Source: an uncultured Gammaproteobacteria bacterium (GTDB lineage: Bacteria; Patescibacteriota; Patescibacteriia; Patescibacteriales; GWC2-42-12). From it: a DNA stretch of 64,000 nt. Location of the stretch: the NCBI GenBank assembly GCA_964467155.1, contig CAYXNZ010000002.1, forward strand, positions 14,339-78,338, given 5' to 3'. This document shows positions 10,278 through 20,870 of the stretch, one piece after another. How positions within the stretch are numbered: position 1 is the stretch's first letter; every line of letters begins with the position of its first letter. The translations under genes were made by a program, and so were the position numbers. The notes beneath the pieces were generated by a model that ran no database searches, was not told the origin of the DNA, and saw only the letters and a list, made by a program, of their open reading frames with translations.

Positions 10278-10805
10278 ATGTCTTATAAAAGTGAGGGCTT
10301 TAAGGGAATTCAGTATAAAAAAATTGGAAAAGTTGAGGTAGAAGAAATATTAAAAAAAATGGATGTGCATAGCCAACCTAAAGTCAAAGCATTGTTAGGA
10401 ATGTTGTCCGGTCGTTCGAAATCTCTGGCTAAATTTCACAAAGCAGTAAAAGATAAGTGTGGTCAACAAATTGCTAGTCGTTTTGAGACGGTAGCAGAAA
10501 AGCATTTTGGCGGAGGCGTAACCGAAGAACAAAAGAGAAGAAATTTGAAGACGCTTATGCACAAAGACACTTCTTTCTTAGATGAGCAAAGGAGTGGACG
10601 TAAAAAGGTAAATTATAGCGCCTTAGGAAATGTTTCGGCGAGAACAAAGGGGCAAGCATTAGACATTGGAATCAATAGATCAAAAACTGGTTTTGCGTCT
10701 GGCAATTTGAAAAAGTCTGGTTTTGGCGGACAAACAAGCACTAGTAAACCGACGTCACCAGCTAAACCATCGGGAGCACCGCCGATAATTCCATTAGCAA
10801 GATAA
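10278..10805 (+). CDS. Hypothetical protein (175 aa), inserted between secY and adk
   Basis: Clean ORF with no recognisable motifs. The Gly/Ser/Lys-rich C-terminal half looks disordered. Confidence 0.5.
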   Translation: MSYKSEGFKGIQYKKIGKVEVEEILKKMDVHSQPKVKALLGMLSGRSKSLAKFHKAVKDKCGQQIASRFETVAEKHFGGGVTEEQKRRNLKTLMHKDTSFLDEQRSGRKKVNYSALGNVSARTKGQALDIGINRSKTGFASGNLKKSGFGGQTSTSKPTSPAKPSGAPPIIPLAR

Positions 10806-10808
10806 TTT

Positions 10809-11792
10809 ATGACAATAACAATAATATTATTTGTATTAGGCTTTATCCTTTTAATAAAAGGAGCTGATATTTTAATAGATGGCTCTTCTTCTATTGCTAA
10901 AAAGTTTGGTTTATCAGCTTTTTTTATTGGTTTAACTGTTGTGGCTTTTGGTACTTCAGCACCAGAATTAGTTGTCAGTGTAACAGCAAATTTTAGTGGT
11001 AGCTCTGGCATAGCTTTAGGAAATATTATTGGTTCAAATATTGCGAATACTTTATTAATTTTGGGTATTGCGGCGATTATAGCACCTTTAGTAATCAAGC
11101 GTAGAACGGTTCATAAAGAAATTCCCTATTCACTTTTAGCTATCTTGGCTGTTGGTATTTTATCGAATGATTTTTTAATTGATCATATTTCTCCTGACGG
11201 TTTAAATAGAATCGATGGCTTAATGTTACTTTTATTTTTTAGTATTTTTATTTTTTATACATTTGGTATATCAAAGGAAGAAGAAAACATTTTTCAAAAA
11301 ACAGTTGGTGAAATTAAAAATCAGGATCAGGAAGAATATAGTATGCTGTTATCTGTCGGAATGATTTTACTTGGTTTATTAGGTCTCGTACTGGGAGGCA
11401 AATGGATAGTCAACGGAGCGATCCAAATTGCAGAGTATTTTGAATTAAGCCAAGCTTTAATTGGTTTAACTATAGTAGCAATTGGTACGTCTTTGCCGGA
11501 ATTAGCAGCCTCTGGTATGGCCGCTTATCGTGGACGAACAGATATGGCAGTTGGTAACGTAGTTGGATCAAATATTTTTAATTTTCTTTTAGTTTTGGGA
11601 GTAAGTTCCACAATAAGTCCTATTAGATATAATACTACTTTAAATATTGATATTTTAATTTTATTAGTAATTACTATAATGCTTTTACCGTTAGTTTATA
11701 TTGGTAGAAAAAATATCATTGGTAGATGGGAGGGGATAGTATTGGTAAGTTTATTTGTGTGTTATTTTATATTTATATTTTTTAGAGGTTAA
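10809..11792 (+). CDS. Ca2+/cation antiporter (CaCA / YrbG-type sodium-calcium exchanger family)
   Basis: Two internal alpha-repeats (GTSAPELVVSV...GNIIGSNIANTLLILG and GTSLPELAASG...GNVVGSNIFNFLLVLG) typical of CaCA antiporters. Multi-TM. Confidence 0.85.
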   Translation: MTITIILFVLGFILLIKGADILIDGSSSIAKKFGLSAFFIGLTVVAFGTSAPELVVSVTANFSGSSGIALGNIIGSNIANTLLILGIAAIIAPLVIKRRTVHKEIPYSLLAILAVGILSNDFLIDHISPDGLNRIDGLMLLLFFSIFIFYTFGISKEEENIFQKTVGEIKNQDQEEYSMLLSVGMILLGLLGLVLGGKWIVNGAIQIAEYFELSQALIGLTIVAIGTSLPELAASGMAAYRGRTDMAVGNVVGSNIFNFLLVLGVSSTISPIRYNTTLNIDILILLVITIMLLPLVYIGRKNIIGRWEGIVLVSLFVCYFIFIFFRG

Positions 11793-11806
11793 TTAATTAA
11801 AATTAT

Positions 11807-12478
11807 ATGACTAAAAACATTTTGATTTTTTTTGGACCGCCTGGGTCTGGGAAAGGGACACAAGCTGAATTGCTATGTCAAGAATTGGATTGGCATAAAA
11901 TTTCCGTAGGAGAACTTCTGCGTCGGGAATTAAAATTAGGGAGTCAGATCGGAGAAAAAGCAAGAAAGTATATTGTGAATGGTGAATTAGTACCAGTTAC
12001 GTTAATAGACTCTTTAGTTAAAAGAAATTTGGAAAAACATAAGAATCGAAGTGGTTTTGTTTTTGATGGATATCCAAGAAATTTGGAGCAAAATCGAGAT
12101 TTTTTTAAGATTATAAAAAATATATTTAACGATACGTATGATATCCATGCTTTAGAAATTTATCTAGACGATAGTGAAGTAAAAGAACGACTTGAAAACA
12201 GATTGGCTTGCGTTTGTGGGGCTGTTTATCATAAAAAGTACAATCCCCCGAAACATAGAGATAAATGTGATATCTGTGGTAAAAAACTTTTTATTCGAAG
12301 TGACGACAAGCCTGATGTAATTAGTCGAAGGTTAAAATTGTATCAGCAAAAATCAGAACCTCTTTTAAAGTTTTGGGAAGAGTCCGATAAGTTAATTAAA
12401 ATAAATGGTGAAAAAAGTATTTCATCCATACGTCAAAGTATAAAGCACAAGTTAAAAGCATTGAAAATAATAAATTAA
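11807..12478 (+). CDS. adk: Adenylate kinase (with zinc-binding lid)
   Basis: P-loop ILIFFGPPGSGKGTQA. Lid CVCG...CDICG. Canonical position after secY in the spc-alpha region. Confidence 0.95.
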   Translation: MTKNILIFFGPPGSGKGTQAELLCQELDWHKISVGELLRRELKLGSQIGEKARKYIVNGELVPVTLIDSLVKRNLEKHKNRSGFVFDGYPRNLEQNRDFFKIIKNIFNDTYDIHALEIYLDDSEVKERLENRLACVCGAVYHKKYNPPKHRDKCDICGKKLFIRSDDKPDVISRRLKLYQQKSEPLLKFWEESDKLIKINGEKSISSIRQSIKHKLKALKIIN

Positions 12479-12485
12479 AAAAAAG

Positions 12486-13274
12486 ATGATAATAATAAAA
12501 ACAAAGGAAGAGGTGAAAAAAATTAAACAAAGTTGTAAATTATTAGCGAATGTTCTGAAACAATTGTCAGAAGAAGTAAAGCCTGGTATCACAACTGGTT
12601 TTTTAGAAGAAAAAGCTTGTTTTTTAATTGAAAAATGTGGTGCTAAACCAGCGTTTAAAGGATATAAATCAGATAACGATGCAGTCGCTTTTCCGACCGC
12701 TCTTTGTACTTCAATTAATGATGAAATAGTGCATGCACCAGCTCTGCCATCCCGTGAATTAAAAGCAGGAGATATAATTGGTATTGATATAGGTTTAGAA
12801 TATCCAATAAATTCTGGTGCGAGTGGTTATTATTCTGACATGGCCGTTACTTTACCTGTTGGTAAGATAAGCCAACAAACTCAAAAATTAATTAGGACTA
12901 CCAGGGAATCATTGGTCTTAGCAATACAACAAGTGAAACCGGGCAATAGTCTTTATGGTATTGGTAAAGCAGTTCAAGAATTTGTTGAAAACAGAGGTTT
13001 TTTTGTGGTACGCGATTTAGTTGGACATGGTGTTGGTAAAGCAGTTCATGAGGATCCACAAATACCAAATTATAAAACAGAAGCAGCTAAAAAAATTATT
13101 CTTAAACCAGGCATGGTAATAGCAATTGAGCCAATGGTTAATGTCGGTAATTGGCAAATTAAAATGGGTAATGATAATTTATCTATTTTAACTTTAGATG
13201 GTTCTCTGAGTGCACATTTTGAACATACCATTGCTGTCACTGAAGACGGATGTGACGTTTTAACGAAAATTTAA
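12486..13274 (+). CDS. map: Methionine aminopeptidase type I
   Basis: 262 aa, metal-ligand context (DIGLEY..., VGHGVGKAVHEDPQIPN, IEPMV) typical MetAP-1. Confidence 0.95.
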   Translation: MIIIKTKEEVKKIKQSCKLLANVLKQLSEEVKPGITTGFLEEKACFLIEKCGAKPAFKGYKSDNDAVAFPTALCTSINDEIVHAPALPSRELKAGDIIGIDIGLEYPINSGASGYYSDMAVTLPVGKISQQTQKLIRTTRESLVLAIQQVKPGNSLYGIGKAVQEFVENRGFFVVRDLVGHGVGKAVHEDPQIPNYKTEAAKKIILKPGMVIAIEPMVNVGNWQIKMGNDNLSILTLDGSLSAHFEHTIAVTEDGCDVLTKI

Positions 13275-13276
13275 TT

Positions 13277-13672
13277 ATGATTACATCACATAAAAAATAT
13301 TTAGGTATTGACTGGGGAAGCAAAAGAATCGGCTTAGCGATTGGTGACGATGAAACCAAAATAGCTGTACCATTTTTTGTAGTTGAAAATATAAATAAAG
13401 TATTAAACATAATAAAAGATGAAGATATACAGGTTATAGTTTTGGGTAAGCCATTGTCGATTGTGAATCATGAATTACAAATTACGAATGAAAGTTTTAA
13501 TCTTTTTGTTGATGAGTTAAAAGATAAAATAAAAATACCAGTTAAGATGATAGACGAACGTTTATCTAGCAAGGCAGCTGATGCTCTTGTTGGAGATAAA
13601 AAAACTAAAGCTCCTCGTGACACAATAGCAGCAATGTTAATTTTGCAGAATTATTTAGATAAATTGTCATAA
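13277..13672 (+). CDS. ruvX: Holliday junction resolvase-like protein YqgF/RuvX
   Basis: 131 aa, N-terminal YLGIDWGSKRIGLAIGDDETKIAVPF is the RuvX/YqgF RNase H-fold signature. Confidence 0.85.
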   Translation: MITSHKKYLGIDWGSKRIGLAIGDDETKIAVPFFVVENINKVLNIIKDEDIQVIVLGKPLSIVNHELQITNESFNLFVDELKDKIKIPVKMIDERLSSKAADALVGDKKTKAPRDTIAAMLILQNYLDKLS

Positions 13673-13675
13673 AAT

Positions 13676-14389
13676 ATGGATAGCACTTTTGGCACTTTTG
13701 GTATTGTGTTAAATCGTTTTCCAGTTAACGAAAACGATGTTAAGGCAATAGTTTACACAAAAGATGATGGTAAACTAGAATTAATAGCTAGGGGAGCCAA
13801 AAAAATGAGTTCAAAAATAGCTGGTCATATTGAGACATTGAATTTTATTAATTTAATGGTAGTCAAAGGTAGACATTATGACTATATTGGTAGTGCAATT
13901 TGTCTAGACTGTTTTTATAATATTAAAAATGATTTTGAAAAAATAAAAGATATTGGTGAGACAATCAATTTTTTTAACTCAGCTATTAAAGTTGGAGAAC
14001 CTGACAAGAAAATATTTGAATTATTAAAAAGTTTTTTAGAGACAGTAAATAAAAAAGAAACTGACAGTGAATTGCTGAGCAGTTTTTTTATTTTTAAATT
14101 ATTAATTGAGCTTGGACATGGTCCAGAATTATATAATTGTTTAAGCTGTGGTAGTAAAATAAAAGAAGAAAATAATGTTTTCGATTTGAAACAAGGCGGA
14201 TTAACTTGTCAAAAATGTTTGAGAAGACCAGGTAAAAATTATCAATTGACAGTCTCGCCAGAATGCATTAAAGTATTACGACTGATAAAAAATTCAGATA
14301 TCAATAAATTTAATTTAAAAATTAAGCAGAAAGAAAAAAACGACATTTTAAAAATTATCAGTTCTTTAGAAAAGTATATTAGCTGTTAA
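13676..14389 (+). CDS. recO: DNA repair protein RecO
   Basis: 237 aa. N-terminal OB-like segment, C-terminal CLSCGS...CQKC zinc finger, as in RecO. Confidence 0.7.
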   Translation: MDSTFGTFGIVLNRFPVNENDVKAIVYTKDDGKLELIARGAKKMSSKIAGHIETLNFINLMVVKGRHYDYIGSAICLDCFYNIKNDFEKIKDIGETINFFNSAIKVGEPDKKIFELLKSFLETVNKKETDSELLSSFFIFKLLIELGHGPELYNCLSCGSKIKEENNVFDLKQGGLTCQKCLRRPGKNYQLTVSPECIKVLRLIKNSDINKFNLKIKQKEKNDILKIISSLEKYISC

Positions 14390-14413
14390 CAAAAAAGAAG
14401 GAGGGGGTGCGTT

Positions 14414-14722
14414 ATGATCTATTTAATTGCAGAAAAAGATGAGCTCAGAGATGAGGAGCTAGGAGAAAAGACATTAGGAAAGATTGTTGATGATATGGGA
14501 ATACTGTTTGGTTTTTTTGTTAGCATTAACGAACCGTCAATAGTAGAAGAGGGAGGGAAATGGGAGCTAATAAAAATTTTTAATTACGAAACAGAGCTTC
14601 ATTCGGAGTTTGGTCGAGAGATAACTTTTTTGTCAGGTGTTTTAAGGCAAAATGATTTAGAACTCAAGGCGAGAATAAACACCATCATGTTTCCTGCCGA
14701 ACTTCTAGAGAAAAAGAAATAG
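14414..14722 (+). CDS. Hypothetical acidic protein (102 aa)
   Basis: Strong SD (AAGGAGGGGG) 6 nt upstream. Followed by a hairpin plus T-run terminator (agactg...cagtct tttttt) at ~14724-14765. Confidence 0.5.
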   Translation: MIYLIAEKDELRDEELGEKTLGKIVDDMGILFGFFVSINEPSIVEEGGKWELIKIFNYETELHSEFGREITFLSGVLRQNDLELKARINTIMFPAELLEKKK

Positions 14723-14765
14723 ACTGATTTTAACTTATTAATAGATAATTTCAGTCTTTTTTCTT

Positions 14766-14794
14766 GCTTAAATTAGGTAAATGCGTTAAAATTA
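14766..14794 (+). promoter_or_regulatory. Candidate sigma70-type promoter upstream of aspS (TTGCTT-17-TAAAAT)
   Basis: Read directly: ttgctt aaattaggtaaatgcgt taaaat, about 80 nt upstream of aspS. Confidence 0.4.
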
Positions 14795-14875
14795 TAATAG
14801 TAAAAAGCGTTATTAAGTTAACGGATAATTAGCTAATTTTAGCTATTTTTATTAATTTTTTAAATTATATTTTAT

Positions 14876-16648
14876 ATGTTGAGAACACATACTTGTGGAG
14901 AATTAAGAAAACAGAATGTTGGTCAGGAAGTTGTCCTATCTGGATGGGTGCATCGTCGTCGTGATCATGGTGGTGTTATTTTTATTGACCTACGTGATCG
15001 TTATGGTTTAACACAAATAAAATTTAATCCAGATATTGACAAAAAAGTTCATGCCGAAGCTGACAAACTGCGAGGTGAGTGGGTGATAAAAATTAAAGGC
15101 AAAGTCGTGTTTCGTCCTGGTGATATGGCGAATAAAAAATTAGACACTGGAGAAATCGAAGTGGAATGTTCGGAATTAACAATTTTTTCTAAAGCTAAAA
15201 CTCCACCTTTTGAAATTGATGAAGAAAAAGCCAATGACGTCAATGAAGAATTAAGAATGAAATATCGCTACATTGATTTACGCAAACAAGATTCAATGAA
15301 CGTATTAGTCAAAAGGTATGAATTTATAAAATTTATCAGAGATTATTTATCAAAATTAAATTTCATTGAAGTGGAAACTCCAATGCTTGGAAAAAGTACT
15401 CCTGAAGGAGCTAGGGATTTTTTAGTTCCTTCAAGGCTTCAACATGGCGATTTTTATGCTTTGCCGCAATCACCTCAGCAATACAAGCAACTTTTAATGA
15501 TTGGCGGAATTGATAGATATTTTCAGGTGGCAAAATGTTTTCGCGATGAAGACACTAGGGGAGAAAGACAAGCTGAATTTACGCAATTAGATATTGAAAT
15601 GTCCTTTGTTGAACAAGATGAAGTTTTGGATATGACTGAAGATTTAATGACCAAAGCAATAGAAAAAATATTTCCAGAAAAAAAGATTTTATCAAAGCCA
15701 TGGCCTCGGTTAGATTATGAGGAAATAATGCTTAAGTATGGTATCGATAAGCCAGATTTGCGTTTTGATTTAGAAATTCAGGATATTTCAGACTTAGTCA
15801 AAGACAGTGGATTTAAAGTTTTTAAAGAAGTAATAAAAGATGGCGGAGTTGTTAGGGCTATTTGTGCGACTGGCGCAGCTAAATTTGCAAGAAGAGAGAT
15901 AGACGAATTGACAGAGATGGTAAAACAATCTGGCGCTAAAGGATTAGCTTATATTATAGTAAAAGAAAATGGCGAATTACAATCTCCAATAGTTAAATTT
16001 ATCGGCGAGAATTCAGCCAAAGATATAATTAAAAAAGTTGACGCTAAAGCAGGTGATATAATATTTTTTGGAGCAGATAAAAAAAGTATAGTTTGCGAAA
16101 GCTTGGCTCAATTGCGAAATGAATTAGGTAAAAAGTTGGGCTTAATTGAAGATAACATAATTGCCTTAGCTTTTGTGGTTAATTTTTCATTGTTTGAAGA
16201 AGAAATGGAGAATGGTCATTATGCGCCTTCTCATCATATGTTTACGTCTCCTTGCCAAGAAGATGTAAAATTATTAGATTCTGATCCTGGTAAAACTAGG
16301 TCATATCAATACGACATGATTGGTAATGGGTACGAGCTGGGAGGAGGAAGTATCAGAATTCACGATAAAAAAATTCAAGAAAAAATATTTGATTTAATCG
16401 GTTTTGACGAAAAAAGAAAAGAACAGTTTAGCCATTTTTTACGCGCGTTTGAATATGGCGTTCCGCCTCACGGAGGCATTGCGTCTGGTCTTGATAGATT
16501 ATTAATGGTGTTGATGAACAAACAAAGCATTCGTGATGTCATGGCTTTTCCTAAGACTGGTGATGGCCGAGATTTAATGATGGATGCGCCAAGCGAAGTG
16601 GAAGATAAACAGCTTAAAGAACTTAAAATTAAAATAAAAAAGGATTAA
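14876..16648 (+). CDS. aspS: Aspartyl-tRNA synthetase
   Basis: 590 aa. Class II motifs ([36 protein letters not shown]). N-terminal OB anticodon-binding domain. Confidence 0.95.
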   Translation: MLRTHTCGELRKQNVGQEVVLSGWVHRRRDHGGVIFIDLRDRYGLTQIKFNPDIDKKVHAEADKLRGEWVIKIKGKVVFRPGDMANKKLDTGEIEVECSELTIFSKAKTPPFEIDEEKANDVNEELRMKYRYIDLRKQDSMNVLVKRYEFIKFIRDYLSKLNFIEVETPMLGKSTPEGARDFLVPSRLQHGDFYALPQSPQQYKQLLMIGGIDRYFQVAKCFRDEDTRGERQAEFTQLDIEMSFVEQDEVLDMTEDLMTKAIEKIFPEKKILSKPWPRLDYEEIMLKYGIDKPDLRFDLEIQDISDLVKDSGFKVFKEVIKDGGVVRAICATGAAKFARREIDELTEMVKQSGAKGLAYIIVKENGELQSPIVKFIGENSAKDIIKKVDAKAGDIIFFGADKKSIVCESLAQLRNELGKKLGLIEDNIIALAFVVNFSLFEEEMENGHYAPSHHMFTSPCQEDVKLLDSDPGKTRSYQYDMIGNGYELGGGSIRIHDKKIQEKIFDLIGFDEKRKEQFSHFLRAFEYGVPPHGGIASGLDRLLMVLMNKQSIRDVMAFPKTGDGRDLMMDAPSEVEDKQLKELKIKIKKD

Positions 16649-16655
16649 AATTATT

Positions 16656-18041
16656 ATGTTAATTGATATAAAAGATATTTTTCAACAAGCGGATAAATAT
16701 TTAGATAAAACAATTGAAATCGAAGGTTGGATTAGAACAGTCAGGAGTTCTAGTAATTGTGCTTTTATTGAATTAAATGATGGCACTTGTTTTAGAAGTT
16801 TGCAGTTAATAGCGGAAGATAGTTTGAGTGATTTTGGAAAAATTACAAAGATATTTATTGGTTCGGCCGTAAAAGCAGAAGGAAAATTAGTAAAATCGCC
16901 AGCTGCCGGTCAAGCCGTTGAATTAAAGCTAGACAAAATAGAAGTTATCGGAGATTCAACTAACGATTATCCTCTACAAAAAAAGAAACATTCATTTGAA
17001 TTTTTAAGAACTATTGCTCATCTGCGTTCAAGGGCAAATACTTTCAGAGCTGTTTTTCGTTTACGTTCCGTTTTGGATTTTGCTATTCATAAATTTTTTC
17101 AAGATAGAAATTTTATTTATGTTCATTCTCCAATTATTACCACCAGTGATTGTGAAGGAGCAGGTGAAATGTTTAAAGTGACAAATCTTGATTTTAAAAA
17201 AATTATTGCCAATAAAGATGAGATTGATTATAGTAAAGATTTTTTTGGTAGAGAAGCTAGTTTGACCGTTAGCGGACAATTAAACGCTGAAGCAATGGCA
17301 ACGGCCTTTAAAAAAGTTTATACTTTTGGACCGACTTTTAGAGCTGAAAATTCTAATACTGCTCGTCATGCAGCAGAATTTTGGATGTTGGAACCAGAAA
17401 TTGCTTTTGCCGATTTGAAAGATGATATGCAATTAGCAGAAGAGATGATTAAATATTTGATAAATTATGTATTAGAAAATTGTCCAGAAGAGATGGAATT
17501 TTTTAACAAGTTTATTGACAATACTTTATTTGAAAGATTAAAAAATGTTGCTAAAGCAGAATTTGAACAAATTACCTACACTGAAGCGATAGAATTTTTG
17601 GAAAAATCAGATCAAAAATTTGAGTTTCCAGTTAAATGGGGAGTTGATTTACAAACTGAACATGAACGATATTTGACTGAAAAAATATTTAATAAACCAG
17701 TTTTTGTAACTGATTATCCGAAAGAAATAAAAGCTTTTTACATGAGATTAAATGACGACGAAAAAACAGTGGCAGCGATGGACTTATTGGTGCCAGGCGT
17801 GGGAGAAATTATTGGTGGTAGCCAGAGAGAAGAAAGAATTGATATTTTAGAGAAGCGGATGAAAGATTCAGGACTAAAAACAGAGGATTATCAATGGTAT
17901 CTAGATTTAAGGAAATATGGTGGAACAAAACATGCTGGTTTTGGATTAGGTTTTGAGCGCGTCATTATGTATTTAACTGGTATGGCTAATATTCGTGATG
18001 TAATTCCGTTTCCTAGAACGCCAAAAAACGCAGAATTTTAA
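16656..18041 (+). CDS. asnS: Asparaginyl-tRNA synthetase
   Basis: 461 aa. [21 protein letters not shown] and [19 protein letters not shown] class IIb AsnRS motifs. Confidence 0.95.
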   Translation: MLIDIKDIFQQADKYLDKTIEIEGWIRTVRSSSNCAFIELNDGTCFRSLQLIAEDSLSDFGKITKIFIGSAVKAEGKLVKSPAAGQAVELKLDKIEVIGDSTNDYPLQKKKHSFEFLRTIAHLRSRANTFRAVFRLRSVLDFAIHKFFQDRNFIYVHSPIITTSDCEGAGEMFKVTNLDFKKIIANKDEIDYSKDFFGREASLTVSGQLNAEAMATAFKKVYTFGPTFRAENSNTARHAAEFWMLEPEIAFADLKDDMQLAEEMIKYLINYVLENCPEEMEFFNKFIDNTLFERLKNVAKAEFEQITYTEAIEFLEKSDQKFEFPVKWGVDLQTEHERYLTEKIFNKPVFVTDYPKEIKAFYMRLNDDEKTVAAMDLLVPGVGEIIGGSQREERIDILEKRMKDSGLKTEDYQWYLDLRKYGGTKHAGFGLGFERVIMYLTGMANIRDVIPFPRTPKNAEF

Positions 18042-18067
18042 AATAATTTTTTAAAAATAAAAAAACC

Positions 18068-18643
18068 ATGCTTATAGCTGTAGATTGTGATGATGTATTG
18101 GCTGATTCAATGGGAGTTTTCATAGATTATTACAACAAGTATTACAATAAATCATTAACCAAAAATCACTTTTTTACTAATTTGTGGTGGGAGGTAATGG
18201 AAGATAAACAAGATATAGTTATTGGTAGATATTTAGATTTTATTAAAAGTAACTATTTTGATAATATTAAACCAGTCTTAGGAGCAAAGGAAGCATTAAA
18301 AAAGTTAAAGCAAAAACATGAATTAATTGTTGTTACTGGTAGACCAAATAGTATTTTGAAAAAGACTGAGAGATGGATAGAAAATTATTTTGCAGGAATG
18401 TTTAATGGTATATATAGCACTAATTTACATTTTACTAGTGGTAAAGGATTAACAAAAGGCGATATTTGCAAAGAGAAAAAAGTTGATTTGTTAATTGATG
18501 ATTATGTTGAGTTTGGATATGAATGCGTAGCTAATAATATAAATGTTCTTTTGATGGATCAGCCATGGAATAGCCAAGCGGAATTACCTCAAGGAATAAC
18601 CAGGGTAAAATCTTGGCAAGACATATTAGATAAAATTGATTAA
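18068..18643 (+). CDS. HAD-superfamily 5'(3')-deoxyribonucleotidase (NT5C-like)
   Basis: N-terminal DCDDVLAD (DxDxV/T HAD motif I), ~190 aa, resembles the NT5C family. Confidence 0.7.
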   Translation: MLIAVDCDDVLADSMGVFIDYYNKYYNKSLTKNHFFTNLWWEVMEDKQDIVIGRYLDFIKSNYFDNIKPVLGAKEALKKLKQKHELIVVTGRPNSILKKTERWIENYFAGMFNGIYSTNLHFTSGKGLTKGDICKEKKVDLLIDDYVEFGYECVANNINVLLMDQPWNSQAELPQGITRVKSWQDILDKID

Positions 18644-18666
18644 ATTTATTTATATTTTAAAATATT

Positions 18667-18948
18667 ATGGAAAATAAATTTGAACAAAATGGCGGTAGTA
18701 AGGAAATTATAAATCTTGAAAAATTAAAAAATGATTTGAAAATATGGTTAAAATCTGACATGATTGCTAATCATGAAGAATGGCAAAAATTCCATAAAAA
18801 ATTAGAAGAAAAATATCCAGATTGGAGCGATTATGAGATGTATCATTTTGGAATCAGTACTCCTTCGGAAAAACTTTCTAATTTTGATTTTCCAGATGAA
18901 GATTCAATCGTAAAATTTATAGAAGACAAAAACAAGGAGTTGTTATAA
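18667..18948 (+). CDS. Hypothetical acidic protein (93 aa)
   Basis: ORF only. No motif recognised. Confidence 0.4.
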   Translation: MENKFEQNGGSKEIINLEKLKNDLKIWLKSDMIANHEEWQKFHKKLEEKYPDWSDYEMYHFGISTPSEKLSNFDFPDEDSIVKFIEDKNKELL

Positions 18949-18970
18949 AAACAAAAGTAAAAATAATTTT

Positions 18971-19273
18971 ATGCGGTTATCAAAGCTGCAAAAATATATT
19001 TTAGTAAAGTGCTATGATAAAAAACATAGCACGGAATCAAAGGGGGAGTTTTATGTTTTCTATCCAAAATCAGAATTAGCCAAGAATAAAAAATTTATTC
19101 AAGACACAATTCATAAAAGTATAGAAAATTTAGTTGAGAAAGACTTATTAGTTACTTATGGCAGAAAGACAGCTCAGAAATGGTTTATTAATAAAGTAAA
19201 ACTAACAAAAAAGGGCAGACAAAAAACGATTGAAATAATAAAAAGTAAGCAACGTAAGTTGCCAATAAAATAA
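18971..19273 (+). CDS. Hypothetical basic protein (100 aa)
   Basis: ORF only. Lys-rich C-terminus, possibly nucleic-acid binding. Confidence 0.4.
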   Translation: MRLSKLQKYILVKCYDKKHSTESKGEFYVFYPKSELAKNKKFIQDTIHKSIENLVEKDLLVTYGRKTAQKWFINKVKLTKKGRQKTIEIIKSKQRKLPIK

Positions 19274-19321
19274 TAATAAAATAAAACTCATTTTAGAATG
19301 AGTTATTGGAGGACTAAATAC

Positions 19322-20248
19322 ATGAATCAATCAAATAATAATGCTAAGTTTGCCTTTTTCTACATGCTTTCTTTGGTGGCGTTAATTTTTATGGCGTTAT
19401 CCGCTGGCATGATAGTGTTTCAGATTATTAATAAATTGATTAAAGATATCATTGAACAATATAGCGGTAGTTTTAATTCAGGTTCTTTGAAGTTTGCGAT
19501 TTCGGCACTGATTATATCAACACCAATTTATTATTTCACAGCTAGACAGATTTATAAAAATTTATACACAGGTGCCTTAAGTAAAGATTCGGGTATACGT
19601 AAATGGTTAACATATTTTATTTTATTTGTATCTTCGGTCGTTATGATTGGTTGGTTAATCGGTACAATCAATACCTTTTTGGACGGAGACTTGACTTTGA
19701 AGTTTGCCTTGAAATCTTTAACTGCTGTAGCAATTGCTGGTGCAGTTTTCGGTTTTTATTTTTATGATATTAAGAGAGAAGAAATTGCAGGAAAAAAGGA
19801 TATGATAATCAAAACATTTTTTTGGTCTTCTCTTATAATTATTTTAGCGATATTTATCGGCAGTTTGTTTATCGTTGAATCGCCAAAGGAAACTAGATTG
19901 AGAAAAATTGATGAAGTTGTTTTGAATAGATTTAATAGCATAGACAATGCTATAAATATGTATTTTGCAGACATGGAAAAATTACCAAAAAATTTAGATA
20001 CAATCAGTGATTATAGTAATCATTTAAGTAAAGACGAATTGGCTGATCCCGAGACAGACAAGAAGTTTGATTATAATGTTTTATCAGAAAAAAAATATGA
20101 ATTATGTGGAGATTTCAGAACATCTAATCTTGATCAAGAAGATATTCGAGCGGAATATTTTAAGGAACGTTGGCCACACGACACTGGTTATCAATGTTTA
20201 ATGCAATTAGTGAATGTTAGGGAAGGCTTAGAAAGGCTTGACCGATAG
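19322..20248 (+). CDS. Hypothetical membrane protein (4 predicted TM helices plus a soluble C-terminal domain)
   Basis: ATG at 19322 follows a GGAGG SD. The track start at 19298 is a TTG inside the SD region. Hydrophobic N-terminal half. Confidence 0.5.
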   Translation: MNQSNNNAKFAFFYMLSLVALIFMALSAGMIVFQIINKLIKDIIEQYSGSFNSGSLKFAISALIISTPIYYFTARQIYKNLYTGALSKDSGIRKWLTYFILFVSSVVMIGWLIGTINTFLDGDLTLKFALKSLTAVAIAGAVFGFYFYDIKREEIAGKKDMIIKTFFWSSLIIILAIFIGSLFIVESPKETRLRKIDEVVLNRFNSIDNAINMYFADMEKLPKNLDTISDYSNHLSKDELADPETDKKFDYNVLSEKKYELCGDFRTSNLDQEDIRAEYFKERWPHDTGYQCLMQLVNVREGLERLDR

Positions 20249-20280
20249 AAAAAAAACGTTTAGAATTATTTATTGTCAAT

Positions 20281-20316
20281 AAAGCTCAATGAGGATTTTC
20301 ATCTTGAGCTTTTTAT
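20281..20316 (+). terminator. Rho-independent terminator after the 19322-20248 gene
   Basis: aaagctcaa ... ttgagcttt 9-bp stem followed by TTTTAT. Confidence 0.6.
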
Positions 20317-20378
20317 ATAAACGATCTTTTAAAATAATGAGATTAAAATGAAATTTTATGGGAAGGAGGGGTGAATTC

Positions 20379-20660
20379 ATGAAAAATGTTCTAGGAAGTA
20401 TTACAGGGAATCTGAAAGTTTGGGAAGAAAATATTAGCAAGGAAGAAACACACATTTTAGTAGCAATTAGAATCGGCTGCGAAAACGACAAAAGGATAAA
20501 AAGGATGGCCGAGGAGACCAGAGATGAAAAAATGTTGGCTTTAAGACATCAGAACTACGAGATGACCGGAGAAGAAAGCAAAAAGGAAGAGGGTTTTTCC
20601 GTTACGGAGTACGTTTTTACATGGAGCGAATGGAAAAGAAAAGTTATGAGAAAGGGGTGA
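20379..20660 (+). CDS. Hypothetical protein (94 aa) at the 5' edge of a higher-GC island
   Basis: GGAAGGAGGGG SD 7 nt upstream of ATG 20379. GC content is clearly above the flanks. No motif recognised. Confidence 0.45.
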   Translation: MKNVLGSITGNLKVWEENISKEETHILVAIRIGCENDKRIKRMAEETRDEKMLALRHQNYEMTGEESKKEEGFSVTEYVFTWSEWKRKVMRKG

Positions 20661-20870
20661 AAATTTGGCGAAAAAGCACAAGAGGAACGGGAGGTGTGTA
20701 GGTAGACCGAAGATGTGCGAGAAGACGCCTGGTTAGAAGGCTTGTTTGAAACAATTGAAAAGTAAGCGTCCAGGAATTTGTCGTCAGTGCAACGCTCCAG
20801 AGATTCAAAAAATAAAAGAACGGATTTTTGGGTTATAAAACACAAAAAAACAGAAAGGAAGGAAAAGAAA

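Noticed and set aside
20778-20870. Upstream extension of the PyrF-PyrE ORF (track start at 20778)
   Set aside because: The extension encodes a K/R-rich non-domain peptide and precedes a good SD/ATG pair at 20871, where the OMPDC domain begins (VIFPLDGY).
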